NCBI GenBank assembly: GCA_025058055.1
Contig: JANXEU010000018.1
Coordinates: 1,281 to 65,280, forward strand
DNA from: Candidatus Calditenuaceae archaeon
Lineage (GTDB): Archaea > Thermoproteota > Nitrososphaeria_A > Caldarchaeales > Calditenuaceae
Reading direction: 5' to 3'
DNA: 64,000 bases
Made by a program: the position numbers and the translations under genes. Shown here piece after piece: positions 55,314-64,000 of the stretch; within the stretch, counting starts at the first letter, position 1; each line of letters starts with the position of its first letter. The notes under the pieces were generated by a model. That model was given only the letters and a program-made list of their open reading frames with translations. It made no database searches and had not been told where the DNA came from.

Positions 55314-56162
55314 CTAAAGGTCCGAGAGGAGTTGATGAAAACCTCGCTGATGGACTCTGAATGAGCTGAACCTCCTTGCGCGCGCGTTATCCTCGATGTC
55401 AACATCACAAGTGACTAAGTCCTCCTCAAACAGCTTCCCCTCGCAGAGAACGTCTCCATCAGGACCCACCACCATCGAGCCTCCCCAGAAGTACTCTTCG
55501 TCTTCGGGGCCGACTAGGTTTGCGAACGCCACGTGGACCGTGTTGGTGATCGCGGTCGCCTTGAGGATTGCGTGCCAGGCGTCTCTGATCCAGATGCGGC
55601 TACCCCTTCCGCGCCCAGAACCTATGCCCCTTGCGGGAGATGCGGCGATGCACACGATCAGCTCGGCCCCCTTCCTCGCTAACGCCTCAGCCGGTTCAGG
55701 ATGCCAAAGGTCCTCACAGATTGAGACCCCTATCTCGAACCCACTTACATTGACGGTTCTAACGTCCCGGAGTGGGTCCCCAGGTTCGAAGTACCTCGCT
55801 TCTTCGAAGAGGCCATAAGTTGGCAGGTAGAACTTGGGGACACGGGCGATCAACTTCCCCTCTCCGACGACGAAAGCGGTGTTCCTAAGGATGCCCGGCC
55901 TCACCTCATCGACTGAGCCGAGCACAATCGTGCACTCCCTCGACGCCCCTCTGAGTTTAGATATCGCGGCTCTGCTTGCCTTGGAGACCTCATAGGCCAA
56001 GTCCCTGAGTACGTATCCACAGAGCGATAACTCCGGAAAGATCAGAAGGTCTACCTTCTTCGACTGGGCCTCATTGAGCACGGCTAGGTGCTTCTTCAAG
56101 TTCCACTCCACGTCCCCTATCCTGCTCGAAACCTGAGCCAAACCGATTCTCAGGGAGCTCAT
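55314..56162 (-). CDS. Carbon-nitrogen hydrolase (nitrilase superfamily)
   Basis: Catalytic triad context FPELSL (Glu), VPKFYLP (Lys), VSICEDLW (Cys). Confidence 0.85.
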   Translation of the reverse strand: MSSLRIGLAQVSSRIGDVEWNLKKHLAVLNEAQSKKVDLLIFPELSLCGYVLRDLAYEVSKASRAAISKLRGASRECTIVLGSVDEVRPGILRNTAFVVGEGKLIARVPKFYLPTYGLFEEARYFEPGDPLRDVRTVNVSGFEIGVSICEDLWHPEPAEALARKGAELIVCIAASPARGIGSGRGRGSRIWIRDAWHAILKATAITNTVHVAFANLVGPEDEEYFWGGSMVVGPDGDVLCEGKLFEEDLVTCDVDIEDNARARRFSSFRVHQRGFHQLLSDL

Positions 56163-56180
56163 ATGCTACCTCTCTCGAGG

Positions 56181-56708
56181 TCAACCGTAGCCCTCTACCT
56201 CTGGCCTCTTCGCGGGCCCCCTCTTCGCAGGAGGAACTTCTCCTAAAGACTTGAGCAGGCCCCTGAAGTCTTCCTTTACAATCGTGAGAGCGATGTGGGT
56301 GTTGGTCCTCTCCACGTAGGGGATGCTTAAGATCCTCTTGGTGAACTCGCTGAGTTCTTGCCTGTTCCTGAACTTTGAGACCACAATGCTGTCCACGACG
56401 CCGGTCACGTCGTAGACCGCGACCGTGTTGGCTAGCGATGCGATCTCTCTCTGGACCTCGAGTAATTTCCCTCTCGAGACCGTGACGGACGTGATCGCGG
56501 TGAGCTCAAAACCTAGCTTCTCGGCATCTATCAGCGCCGTGTAACCCCTTATCACGCCCATCGATTCCATTCTCTTCACCCTGCTGGCTACGGTCCCGAC
56601 AGATGTGTTCAGCTTCTTCGCTATCTCCCTGAACGAACTTCTACCATCCTCAATCAATTCCTTCAAAATGGTTACGTCGAGTTCGTCCAGCTCGACATCC
56701 TTGCTCAT
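56181..56708 (-). CDS. lrp: Lrp/AsnC-family transcriptional regulator
   Basis: HTH SFREIAKKLNTSVGTVASRVKRME plus a RAM/ACT-like domain. Start set at MSKDVELDELD (cat at 56706-56708) with GGTAAATTT 23 nt upstream. Confidence 0.85.
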   Translation of the reverse strand: MSKDVELDELDVTILKELIEDGRSSFREIAKKLNTSVGTVASRVKRMESMGVIRGYTALIDAEKLGFELTAITSVTVSRGKLLEVQREIASLANTVAVYDVTGVVDSIVVSKFRNRQELSEFTKRILSIPYVERTNTHIALTIVKEDFRGLLKSLGEVPPAKRGPAKRPEVEGYG

Positions 56709-56770
56709 GCTTTTTGTACAATCAAACACCAAATTTACCTTTCTCTTAGACAAACGTCTTGGGTGAGAAG

Positions 56771-56780
56771 AAAACTTATA
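56771..56780 (+). promoter_or_regulatory. TATA-like box of glnA (divergent from lrp)
   Basis: AAAACTTATA ends 27 nt upstream of ATG 56807. Confidence 0.45.
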
Positions 56781-56806
56781 GATTGACGCGATCGGTAGGC
56801 CGCGAA

Positions 56807-58285
56807 ATGGTACTGGCAGCCTATGAGAAGGCTAGAGTGACGCCGTGGGAGACGACGCCGGAGCAGGTTATGGAGCTAATAAAGCAGGAGAACGTGAGGT
56901 TCGTTGATCTACAGTTCACGGACCTTCCGGGGAAGCTTCAGCACGTCACCGTGACGTCGGAGTACTTCGACATCGAACACTTCATCGAGGGAGTACCCAA
57001 GCTCGACGGGTCGTCAATCAGGGGGTTCGCCGAAATATACGAATCTGACATGGTCTTGAGGCCAGACGCCACGACGTTTGCGCTGTTGCCTTGGGGTTTA
57101 GATGGTGTCAAGACAGCTAGGATGATCGCAGACGTTTACAGAGGGTTCGGGGAGGGTAGGTTCTCCAGAGACCCGAGGTTCGTGGCTCAGCGGGCAGAGC
57201 AGTACCTCAAGGAGCAGGGTTTTGACGTCTCCTACTGGGGGCCGGAGATCGAATTCTTCGTCTTCGACAGAGTCAACTGGGACGTCGCGACCCCTCAGAA
57301 GGGAATGGGCTTCCAGATCGAGTCGAAAGAGGGAGCGTGGAACTCCTCCGCTGACGGCTCTGGATATCCGATAAGGTACAAGGAGGGCTACTTCCCAGCT
57401 CCTCCTCAAGACACCCTCATGGATTATAGGAACGAGATGTGCCAGTGCCTATTGGACTACTTCGGCATACAAATCGACGCCCACCATCACGAGGTCGCGA
57501 CTGCAGGTCAGTGCGAGATAGACATGCGCTACGACTCTTTATTGAGGATGGCCGACAAGGCTCAGACCTACAGGTACGTCGCGAAGAACGTGGCGAGGCA
57601 GATGGGCTTGATCGCGACCTTCATGCCTAAGCCAATATACGGGGACAACGGCTCCGGGATGCACGTTCACGTGAGCCTCTGGAAGGACAAGACCAATCTG
57701 TTCTACGACCCCGCCGATGAATATGCAGAGCTCAGTCAGCTTGCCAGATATTTCATTGGAGGCCTCTTGACGCACAGCAGGGCTCTGGCGGCGATCGTCG
57801 CACCAACCACGAACTCATACAGGAGGTTGGTGCCGGGCTATGAGGCACCCATCTTCATAGCTTGGAGCAGGTCGAACAGGTCAGCTAACATCAGGGTACC
57901 GATATACGTGAGGGGAACGAAGAAGGCCGCTAACTCGAAGCGAGTCGAATTCAGGACGCCTGACCCCTCTACCAACCCCTACCTCTGCTTCTCCGCGATG
58001 CTCATGGCTGGTCTCGATGGCATCAAACGGAAGATCGACCCTGGGGATCCGGTCGATGAGAACATCTACCACCTGACGCCCCAGAAGAGAAGGGAGCTCG
58101 GGATACGCGAGCTACCTGGAAGCCTCAAAGAGGCGGTCGAGAGCCTGCTTTCTGACAGGGATTTCCTAAGGCCGGTCTTCACGGACGACGTCATCGACGC
58201 CTTAGTTGAGTGGGAGTTGTCGCAATTCAAGACCGTAAGCGCGCTACCGCATCCATACGAGTTCTACCTCTACTTCGACAGCTGA
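56807..58285 (+). CDS. glnA: Glutamine synthetase type I
   Basis: [14 protein letters not shown] beta-grasp start, [20 protein letters not shown] motif, [13 protein letters not shown]. The ORF track starts at TTG 56759; ATG 56807 is preferred. Confidence 0.9.
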   Translation: MVLAAYEKARVTPWETTPEQVMELIKQENVRFVDLQFTDLPGKLQHVTVTSEYFDIEHFIEGVPKLDGSSIRGFAEIYESDMVLRPDATTFALLPWGLDGVKTARMIADVYRGFGEGRFSRDPRFVAQRAEQYLKEQGFDVSYWGPEIEFFVFDRVNWDVATPQKGMGFQIESKEGAWNSSADGSGYPIRYKEGYFPAPPQDTLMDYRNEMCQCLLDYFGIQIDAHHHEVATAGQCEIDMRYDSLLRMADKAQTYRYVAKNVARQMGLIATFMPKPIYGDNGSGMHVHVSLWKDKTNLFYDPADEYAELSQLARYFIGGLLTHSRALAAIVAPTTNSYRRLVPGYEAPIFIAWSRSNRSANIRVPIYVRGTKKAANSKRVEFRTPDPSTNPYLCFSAMLMAGLDGIKRKIDPGDPVDENIYHLTPQKRRELGIRELPGSLKEAVESLLSDRDFLRPVFTDDVIDALVEWELSQFKTVSALPHPYEFYLYFDS

Positions 58286-58466
58286 GAGTCGAATAACTTA
58301 CACTTTGTTAACCGATGCGAACCCTTTAATCTGTTATTCTGCTCTTTATTGAGAATTCAAACAAGGTCACGCTCGGCGCTCAAGATCGCTCTCATCTCCA
58401 TAGGATCGACCTGGCCAGACCCCTCATCGCAATATTGAGTTCTTCAGCCTTCTTCTTAAAGGATGT

Positions 58467-59843
58467 TCAGTTCAGCAGTGACCATATGATAGCCACAAGG
58501 GATGCGGGCATCGATCCGACTACGCCTGGTTTGATCCACTGTCGGAAGGTGACGTGGCCAAGCCGCTGTCTCTCGATCATGCCGATCGCGACGATGTTAG
58601 CTGTGCTACCGATCATGGTGAGGTTACCGATGTATGTGCCTGCGAAGAGCATGACCCACCAGATTACTGAACTCACAGCGTCTGTAGAAATTAGCTCCTT
58701 AACAATTGGGATCCAGAAGGCAACGGCTAAGACGTTGTCCATGAAGGCGCTCATGAAACCTACCACTAAGAAGAAGGCAGGTATCCAAATGTAGTCGGGT
58801 AAGGCGAAGAAGACGTTTAACCCGCCGGCTATGAGGGCCGTGACGCCAGTGTACCTAAGCGTCCCGACTGAAGCGAAGAACAGCATGAAGAAGGTCAGTG
58901 TCCACCAGTCAACTCGTCGCTCTATCAGCTCTCTCGCCCTTTCTCTCTCGATCAGTAAGACCGTCCCCGCACCCGCCATCGCGACGCCGATCAGCATCGT
59001 GTTCTTCTTCAGGCCGAGCAGCTCTTCGATCGGGGTATGGAGCACTAGCCCTCCTATAACTACTAGGAAGACGAGCAGCGATGCCCTGTCGATCTTAATC
59101 TTCTCCTCCGCTGTGGGGTTCCCAGCAACTCTCGTAGTCACAACCTTAGCAGACTTCAGCTTGGCGTCGAGGTCTGCCACGAACGCCCTGAAGTAGATCC
59201 TACAGACTGCGTAAGTGACCAACGTTGCCAGAATGGCTGGAGGAGTGGCCCACCTGAGGAAGTCTAAGAACCCGTATCCTGAGTTAAGCGCGATCAGAAC
59301 TCCTATCGGGTTTCCGACGACTGTGGCGCTGCTTCCAATGTTCGTCGCGAAGACGGTCATCAGCATCAGCGGAATCAGTGAGACCTGAAACCTTCCAGCT
59401 AGGGCAATGGCAGAGGACATCATGAAGAGTATCGAGGTGACTTCATCGACGAGGGCTGCTGAGAGCGCCGACATCAACATCAGGATGAGGATGAGCCTGT
59501 CAGCGCGGCCTCCCCCGAGCTCCAAAACCCTATCAACAACGACCTCGAAGAACCTTCTCTCCTCTAGGAACCCTATTACTGTCATCATGCACAAGAGAAA
59601 CACTATGACGTCTAAACTCGCGAACTCGATAAAGGTCGTTACGTCAAGCAACCGAGTCGACATCAACAGAAAGACGCCGACCAGAGCGAAAGCCAACCTG
59701 AACTTCCAGAAGAGCAGCGTTCCTCCGATTATTCCAGTGAAGATGGCGGTCGCTATCGCTTGGTCAGAAGAGAGGCCGAGCCAAAGCGATAGGATAGCGA
59801 ATGTGAGTGGAATCATAGGATAGGTCAGACCCTTCGACCTCAC
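58467..59843 (-). CDS. ArsB/NhaD (CitMHS-like) superfamily permease
   Basis: 458 aa with about 11-12 TM helices, a central hydrophilic loop and internal two-fold TM repeat architecture. Confidence 0.7.
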   Translation of the reverse strand: MRSKGLTYPMIPLTFAILSLWLGLSSDQAIATAIFTGIIGGTLLFWKFRLAFALVGVFLLMSTRLLDVTTFIEFASLDVIVFLLCMMTVIGFLEERRFFEVVVDRVLELGGGRADRLILILMLMSALSAALVDEVTSILFMMSSAIALAGRFQVSLIPLMLMTVFATNIGSSATVVGNPIGVLIALNSGYGFLDFLRWATPPAILATLVTYAVCRIYFRAFVADLDAKLKSAKVVTTRVAGNPTAEEKIKIDRASLLVFLVVIGGLVLHTPIEELLGLKKNTMLIGVAMAGAGTVLLIERERARELIERRVDWWTLTFFMLFFASVGTLRYTGVTALIAGGLNVFFALPDYIWIPAFFLVVGFMSAFMDNVLAVAFWIPIVKELISTDAVSSVIWWVMLFAGTYIGNLTMIGSTANIVAIGMIERQRLGHVTFRQWIKPGVVGSMPASLVAIIWSLLN

Positions 59844-59897
59844 GGGACCACCTAGTCTACCGTTATCTGCCTTGAGATAAACTGAAAACGAACACCG

Positions 59898-62471
59898 TCA
59901 CGCGAAGAACTGTTCTAAGCTGCCCACGCCTACGATCACATCGAAGTCCATGTCGAGGCTGTCAAGGACCTGCTCAAACGTGGACCTCATGTACTCGATG
60001 TACTTGTCTACATCGACCTGATCCTTTAAGACTTTCACGTTCGGGTGAAGAGGTGCTACACCTAGCTTGTCTTTGGTTTTGACGTACCTGATGATGTCCC
60101 CCGACGTCACGTGTACGCCGTGTTGTCGCAGGATCTTAGCAGCCTTCACATGAGGTGGCGTAGTTTCCGTGTAACTCTCCGGCTGTTTAGAGAGCATGAC
60201 GCTGAATGCTAGCTCGCTTAGCTCGAACTCTCGCTTCCTGAGCTTCGTGTGCCAGCCCTTAATCAGATCGGCGATGTGCTTCTTCACCATCTCCAAGTCC
60301 TCAGGTGTCTTGACGGTGGAGAGCTCCTGCAGCATCGAGTTGAAGGCCTCTCTTATGAAGTCTGGTATGTGCCTCTTCTTTCCTGTGAGTCCCTTTACGT
60401 CAACGACTCCTTTCGTGGTCAGCCCTAAGTAGTTCTTCTTTCTCGCTGAAAAGACGATGTAGACGTACTGCTTGTCAGGTTCGAGGTCCAGACCGAGCCC
60501 GGTGGAGGCCCACTTGATCAGACTCTCCAGAACCACACCATTAGCTCCCTTCAGGAAAAGGGAGTCGGTGTCGCCGTAAACGATTATCGCTCCCAGCTCC
60601 CTGACCTTTTCAATCGCCGACTTGAAGACGTGCCTTCCAATCGCGGCTGTGCTCTCCGCTAAGGGTGGACAGTAAAGAGGGAACTCCTCGAACCCGAAGA
60701 CGCCGTAAGACGCGTTGAGGAAGACCTTGATGGCCTTCTGGACAACATCGTACCACCTCCTCGGGCCCTCTGGCAGGTTGCGGTCGGAGCTTCGTGGTTT
60801 GTAGATCCCAACTCTGACCTCCTTCAACGCTCCGATGATCGAGCTCTGCAAGCCTCTGTTCTTCGCGCATACCCAGTGAGGCGTTTCAGGAACCATGTTC
60901 TTCTTACAGCTCTCATGAGGGCATCTAATCGTCTCGTAACTGAGGTTCCAACGCGCTAGGACAGACGGATACAGCGAAGCGAAGTCAACCACCTTGACGT
61001 CGAAGTGGATTCCGGGTACCGGATCGACGACGATGGCACCCCTGTACTTCTTGCCCTCTATGATCGCCTTCGTCGCAGTCCCTCCCTTGACTTCGAGAAT
61101 CTCCTCCTTTCTGGGGATCAACCATCTCCTTCTCCTATGCTCGAAGTACAGCAGGTTCTTTATCCATCCAGACACACCGTGCCTGCACAGGTCTTCCGGC
61201 GGCAGACGGCTGATGCGGCAGAGCACCATGATCAACCTGAGGACCAGCCTGTCGTCATGAGTGAGGAGGTCGTAGACGAGTTCGGCGTCTTGCAGGCAGT
61301 ACTCAGCTAGCTTCGCCGTCGATAGAGACGATATAGGCCCTTCTATCTTCACCTTGCCCTTGTTAAGGAGAGCTTGAGAGATGCCTTCCAAGGTGAACTC
61401 CCTGTACTTGTTGTCGAACGCGTAGATCTGAATGGACTTGTTAAGGAAGAACGAATAGAGATCGACGTGAACTGCCCTTACGAAGGACGAACCTTCCCTT
61501 CCCGTGACGATCGGAACCTTCTCCTTTGGCACTCCAATCCTCTCGGCCCTGTTACGTAGGTAGGGAAGGTCGAAGTCGTCGCCGTTGAAGGTCGCTATGA
61601 CCGCGTACTCTGAGTCCAGTACGGCGAAGAAGTCCTCGAGCATCTCCCTTTCAGACCCGTAGCTGAGCATCCTGTACCCTTCCACGTTCACTTCGGTTCT
61701 CTCAGAGCCTTCCATCAGGAGGTAGACCTCTCTTCTGCCGTTAGATCCCCGAATTGCGATAGCGACGATCTTGTCCTCTGCCTTCGAGGGGTCGGGCACT
61801 CGAGTGGCGATTGGGTTAGCCACCTCAATATCGATGCCGCAGACAGGCAGATCAGGTTGGTCAGCCTCAAGAAGCCTGATCCATTCGGCCACGAGCTCCA
61901 AGTCCCTATCTTCAACGCTTTTCACCCTCTTTGCAACCTCCACCGCCTCTCGCAGGGTCATCCCGTATAACGAGAGCCCTCCTTCTTGGTCGATTAGGTA
62001 CGGTTCACCGACAACCAGTCCCCTGTCCATCAGGTAGTTCAGATGATAAGGAATGTCAGCCTCCCAAGCTGTCACCTTCTCTCTAACCGAATATGATCTG
62101 CCTCCGATCGCTAGTGGGTCCTTCGTTACGACCTTCACCAGTTCGATCTCTTGTTCTCTCAGCGCATCGAACAACTTCGCCCTCTCAAGCCTCACGACCC
62201 TCTCCATGACCTCTTTCAGGGCTGTTCCGGCTGACGCCTCGTCCAGTTTGACGTAACAGTAAGGAAGATGTCCTGTCGCGTCCTCTACGGTCTCTACCTT
62301 CCTCGTCCGAGGGTTGTAAAACTTCAGGTAAGCCCTCCCTTTGGTCCCGTCATAAGCGGCAGAGAGGAGGAAGCGAAGGTTGTCAGGCCATGTCTCCTCG
62401 GTTTTCCGTCCCTCAGCCCTACGACTTATTTCGAAATCAGAGGAGAGGACGTCTGTGAGCTTTAGCTGCAT
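59898..62471 (-). CDS. polB: Family B DNA polymerase (all exonuclease and polymerase motifs intact, no intein)
   Basis: Exo I GIDIEV, Exo II FNGDDFDLPYL, Exo III YCLQDAELVYD, Pol A DFASLYPS, Pol B KVFLNASYGVFG, Pol C YGDTDS. Confidence 0.9.
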   Translation of the reverse strand: MQLKLTDVLSSDFEISRRAEGRKTEETWPDNLRFLLSAAYDGTKGRAYLKFYNPRTRKVETVEDATGHLPYCYVKLDEASAGTALKEVMERVVRLERAKLFDALREQEIELVKVVTKDPLAIGGRSYSVREKVTAWEADIPYHLNYLMDRGLVVGEPYLIDQEGGLSLYGMTLREAVEVAKRVKSVEDRDLELVAEWIRLLEADQPDLPVCGIDIEVANPIATRVPDPSKAEDKIVAIAIRGSNGRREVYLLMEGSERTEVNVEGYRMLSYGSEREMLEDFFAVLDSEYAVIATFNGDDFDLPYLRNRAERIGVPKEKVPIVTGREGSSFVRAVHVDLYSFFLNKSIQIYAFDNKYREFTLEGISQALLNKGKVKIEGPISSLSTAKLAEYCLQDAELVYDLLTHDDRLVLRLIMVLCRISRLPPEDLCRHGVSGWIKNLLYFEHRRRRWLIPRKEEILEVKGGTATKAIIEGKKYRGAIVVDPVPGIHFDVKVVDFASLYPSVLARWNLSYETIRCPHESCKKNMVPETPHWVCAKNRGLQSSIIGALKEVRVGIYKPRSSDRNLPEGPRRWYDVVQKAIKVFLNASYGVFGFEEFPLYCPPLAESTAAIGRHVFKSAIEKVRELGAIIVYGDTDSLFLKGANGVVLESLIKWASTGLGLDLEPDKQYVYIVFSARKKNYLGLTTKGVVDVKGLTGKKRHIPDFIREAFNSMLQELSTVKTPEDLEMVKKHIADLIKGWHTKLRKREFELSELAFSVMLSKQPESYTETTPPHVKAAKILRQHGVHVTSGDIIRYVKTKDKLGVAPLHPNVKVLKDQVDVDKYIEYMRSTFEQVLDSLDMDFDVIVGVGSLEQFFA

Positions 62472-62497
62472 CCACCATATGGCCCAGTTCCACAGAG

Positions 62498-62507
62498 ATT
62501 AATTTTT
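62498..62507 (-). promoter_or_regulatory. TATA-like box of polB
   Basis: The minus strand reads AAAAATTAAT, 27 nt upstream of the polB ATG (62471). Confidence 0.45.
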
Positions 62508-62530
62508 CCCGAACTAGACCACAACCTCAC

Positions 62531-62538
62531 ATATATTT
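62531..62538 (+). promoter_or_regulatory. TATA-like box of the GT-C-like gene
   Basis: ATATATTT ends 23 nt upstream of ATG 62561. Confidence 0.45.
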
Positions 62539-62560
62539 CGTGGCGATATGCTCCAGTGAG

Positions 62561-64000
62561 ATGCGCAGTCACTTCGTTCTAGCTTTATCGCTCTTTGCCG
62601 GTCTCGCAATCAGATCGGCCCTCGCACCCTTCACCGGCCACCCTTTGGACGTTTACGTGTGGTTGAAGGCTGCAGAGCTCTTCATCAACGGCTACTGGAA
62701 CGTCTACACAGTTTCCGAGATACCGCACTTTCCTTGGGGGTTCTACAGCTATCCTCCCGTTTGGCTACTGATCTTGGTGTCTTCTTACGTCTTAGCAGGC
62801 CCTCAATCGGCACAACTGAATTACGCGGTCGGTGCTGTCAAGGCGCCGATAATTCTCGCTGATGTTCTGGTGGCTCTCTGGATCTACAGGCTTTCGAAGG
62901 TCATAGGGCTAAAGGACGAAAAGGCGCTGGCCCTTGCGGCCGCATACGCGCTGAATCCCGTTGCCATTTTCATCACGGGAGTGTGGGGGATGTTCGACCC
63001 ATTAGCTGTTTTGTTCGCTCTGATGGCCTTGGATGCGCTCATCAGAGGTAACAAAGGACTTTCAGGCGCCCTCCTAGGGGTCGGGATCGCAACCAAGATT
63101 TTCCCTGTTCTTTTGTTGCCTGCAACTGTTTTATACATCAAGAATGTACACAACAGAAACGCACCAAGTGCTATAGCAACCCATCTAATTCCTGTTTTCT
63201 CGGTACCCCTAGTCTTTTCGATGCCTTTTCTACTCGATTCACCGTCATCATACGTTGGCAAGTTATTGTTTCATACGAACAACGTAGGACAATTCACGTA
63301 CTGGTCCTTGATCTATCCGTTTATTGGAAGAGAAGCAACCTTGGCAATGTCGCTTATTTTGTTTGCGGTGTTTTATGTGAAAGTCATTTCGAAGTACGCA
63401 CGTGCGAGAGTCTCAGACGGAGCGACCCTGCTCAGGTGCTCGACCGCGATGATCGCGATCTTCTTGGCTTGCTCCACCAAGGTCAATGTACAATACCTGC
63501 TCTGGCTCATGCCCACTGCGTTCATCGTAGCCGCAACAGATGTTGGAGAAATGAGGAGAAGACTTTGGACGTCGATAACGATCTTGAACGTAGCTGCTGT
63601 TCTGTTCCTGTTGTACTTCTTGAACATGAGTGATTTCTCGCTCTCCTCATTAGGCAGAATTTCACCTGCTAGCCCAGCCGAGATTGGAGTAGCTGGTGCG
63701 TTTCTAAGCACTTCAGCACTCTTCGCCGGATGGCAGTTCTTCAGGTGGGGCCTCTTTGAGGCATTCGGTAGAGAGTTTAACGCTGAACTCGTAAAACGAT
63801 TTGGGATCACGTCGATGATCATCTTCATGATAGCTGCAGCGCTCGTCGTGCCAGCACCGGGAGGCGTCAACTTGAGTTGCGATGCCGACCGTCTCGCGGT
63901 GGTTGAGGGACCGGACTCCTTCTTCCTTCGTAATGGTGAGCCTGACCTTCGGTTGCTAAAGAGGATGGGGGAGCCAACAGTCGTTGCGATTCCTTTCGGT
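62561..64000 (+). CDS. Polytopic membrane protein, GT-C-fold glycosyltransferase-like (DUF2029/PMT-like); 3' end outside the window; not in ORF track
   Basis: My own translation from ATG 62561 is open for 480 codons to the window edge: MRSHFVLALSLFAGLAIRSALAPFTGHPLDVYVWLKAAE... It has more than 10 TM helices and an acidic HPLDVY motif in the first loop, as in GT-C enzymes. Confidence 0.65.
   Translation, partial: MRSHFVLALSLFAGLAIRSALAPFTGHPLDVYVWLKAAELFINGYWNVYTVSEIPHFPWGFYSYPPVWLLILVSSYVLAGPQSAQLNYAVGAVKAPIILADVLVALWIYRLSKVIGLKDEKALALAAAYALNPVAIFITGVWGMFDPLAVLFALMALDALIRGNKGLSGALLGVGIATKIFPVLLLPATVLYIKNVHNRNAPSAIATHLIPVFSVPLVFSMPFLLDSPSSYVGKLLFHTNNVGQFTYWSLIYPFIGREATLAMSLILFAVFYVKVISKYARARVSDGATLLRCSTAMIAIFLACSTKVNVQYLLWLMPTAFIVAATDVGEMRRRLWTSITILNVAAVLFLLYFLNMSDFSLSSLGRISPASPAEIGVAGAFLSTSALFAGWQFFRWGLFEAFGREFNAELVKRFGITSMIIFMIAAALVVPAPGGVNLSCDADRLAVVEGPDSFFLRNGEPDLRLLKRMGEPTVVAIPFG

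Noticed and set aside
62884-63870. Minus-strand ORFs 62884-63261 and 63373-63870
   Set aside because: They lie antisense to a continuous 480-codon plus-strand membrane-protein frame. They are shadow ORFs with no recognisable motifs.
1-64000. CRISPR arrays, IS elements, integrases, prophage or a defence island
   Set aside because: I saw no regularly spaced direct repeats, transposase or integrase-like ORFs, terminal inverted repeats or tRNA-flanked islands. The gene content is overwhelmingly core metabolism and translation.

Overview
Gene-dense chromosomal segment of about 70 genes. Spacers are mostly 0-100 nt and many genes have 4-nt start/stop overlaps. The source is an archaeon, most likely a thermophilic TACK/Thermoproteota-type lineage. 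Supporting markers are TiaS, aIF2-beta, aIF6, ribosomal proteins L39e/L31e/L13e, NAC, A-type ATPase subunit E, a ThrRS with the archaeal N-terminal editing domain, a family-B DNA polymerase, and AT-rich TATA-like boxes about 22-30 nt upstream of start codons. Content is mainly housekeeping: translation (thrS, hisS, aIF2b, aIF6, r-proteins, TiaS, TrmO, RtcA, QueC/QueD-like), pyrimidine synthesis (pyrC, fused pyrF-pyrE), amino-acid and nitrogen metabolism (aspartate kinase, aminotransferase, GlnA with divergent Lrp, aconitase-family large subunit), cofactors (NMNAT, DHPS, CitG-like, ThiW-like), two ABC-2 exporter modules, several permeases and polB. One RNA gene is clear: the SRP (7S) RNA at about 50434-50762, whose 3' end overlaps the pyrC stop region antisense. 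I found no tRNA, rRNA, CRISPR array, transposase/integrase or recognisable defence island. Three coding regions are missing from the ORF track: a partial NAC at the left edge, a 56-aa Cys-rich CWC ORF, and a 480-codon GT-C-like membrane protein running off the right edge. The best candidates for something undescribed are: two atypical glycine-cleavage-H-like proteins, one lacking the lipoyl lysine and one fused to a TusA-like sulfur-carrier domain; a ThiW-like transporter overlapping an orphan P-loop protein; an orphan PD-(D/E)xK-like protein; a divergent coiled-coil/Zn-ribbon plus ACT-like/V4R pair; and a DHPS/CitG-like/nitrilase cluster. All functional calls come from motif recognition by eye. 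None has been checked by search.
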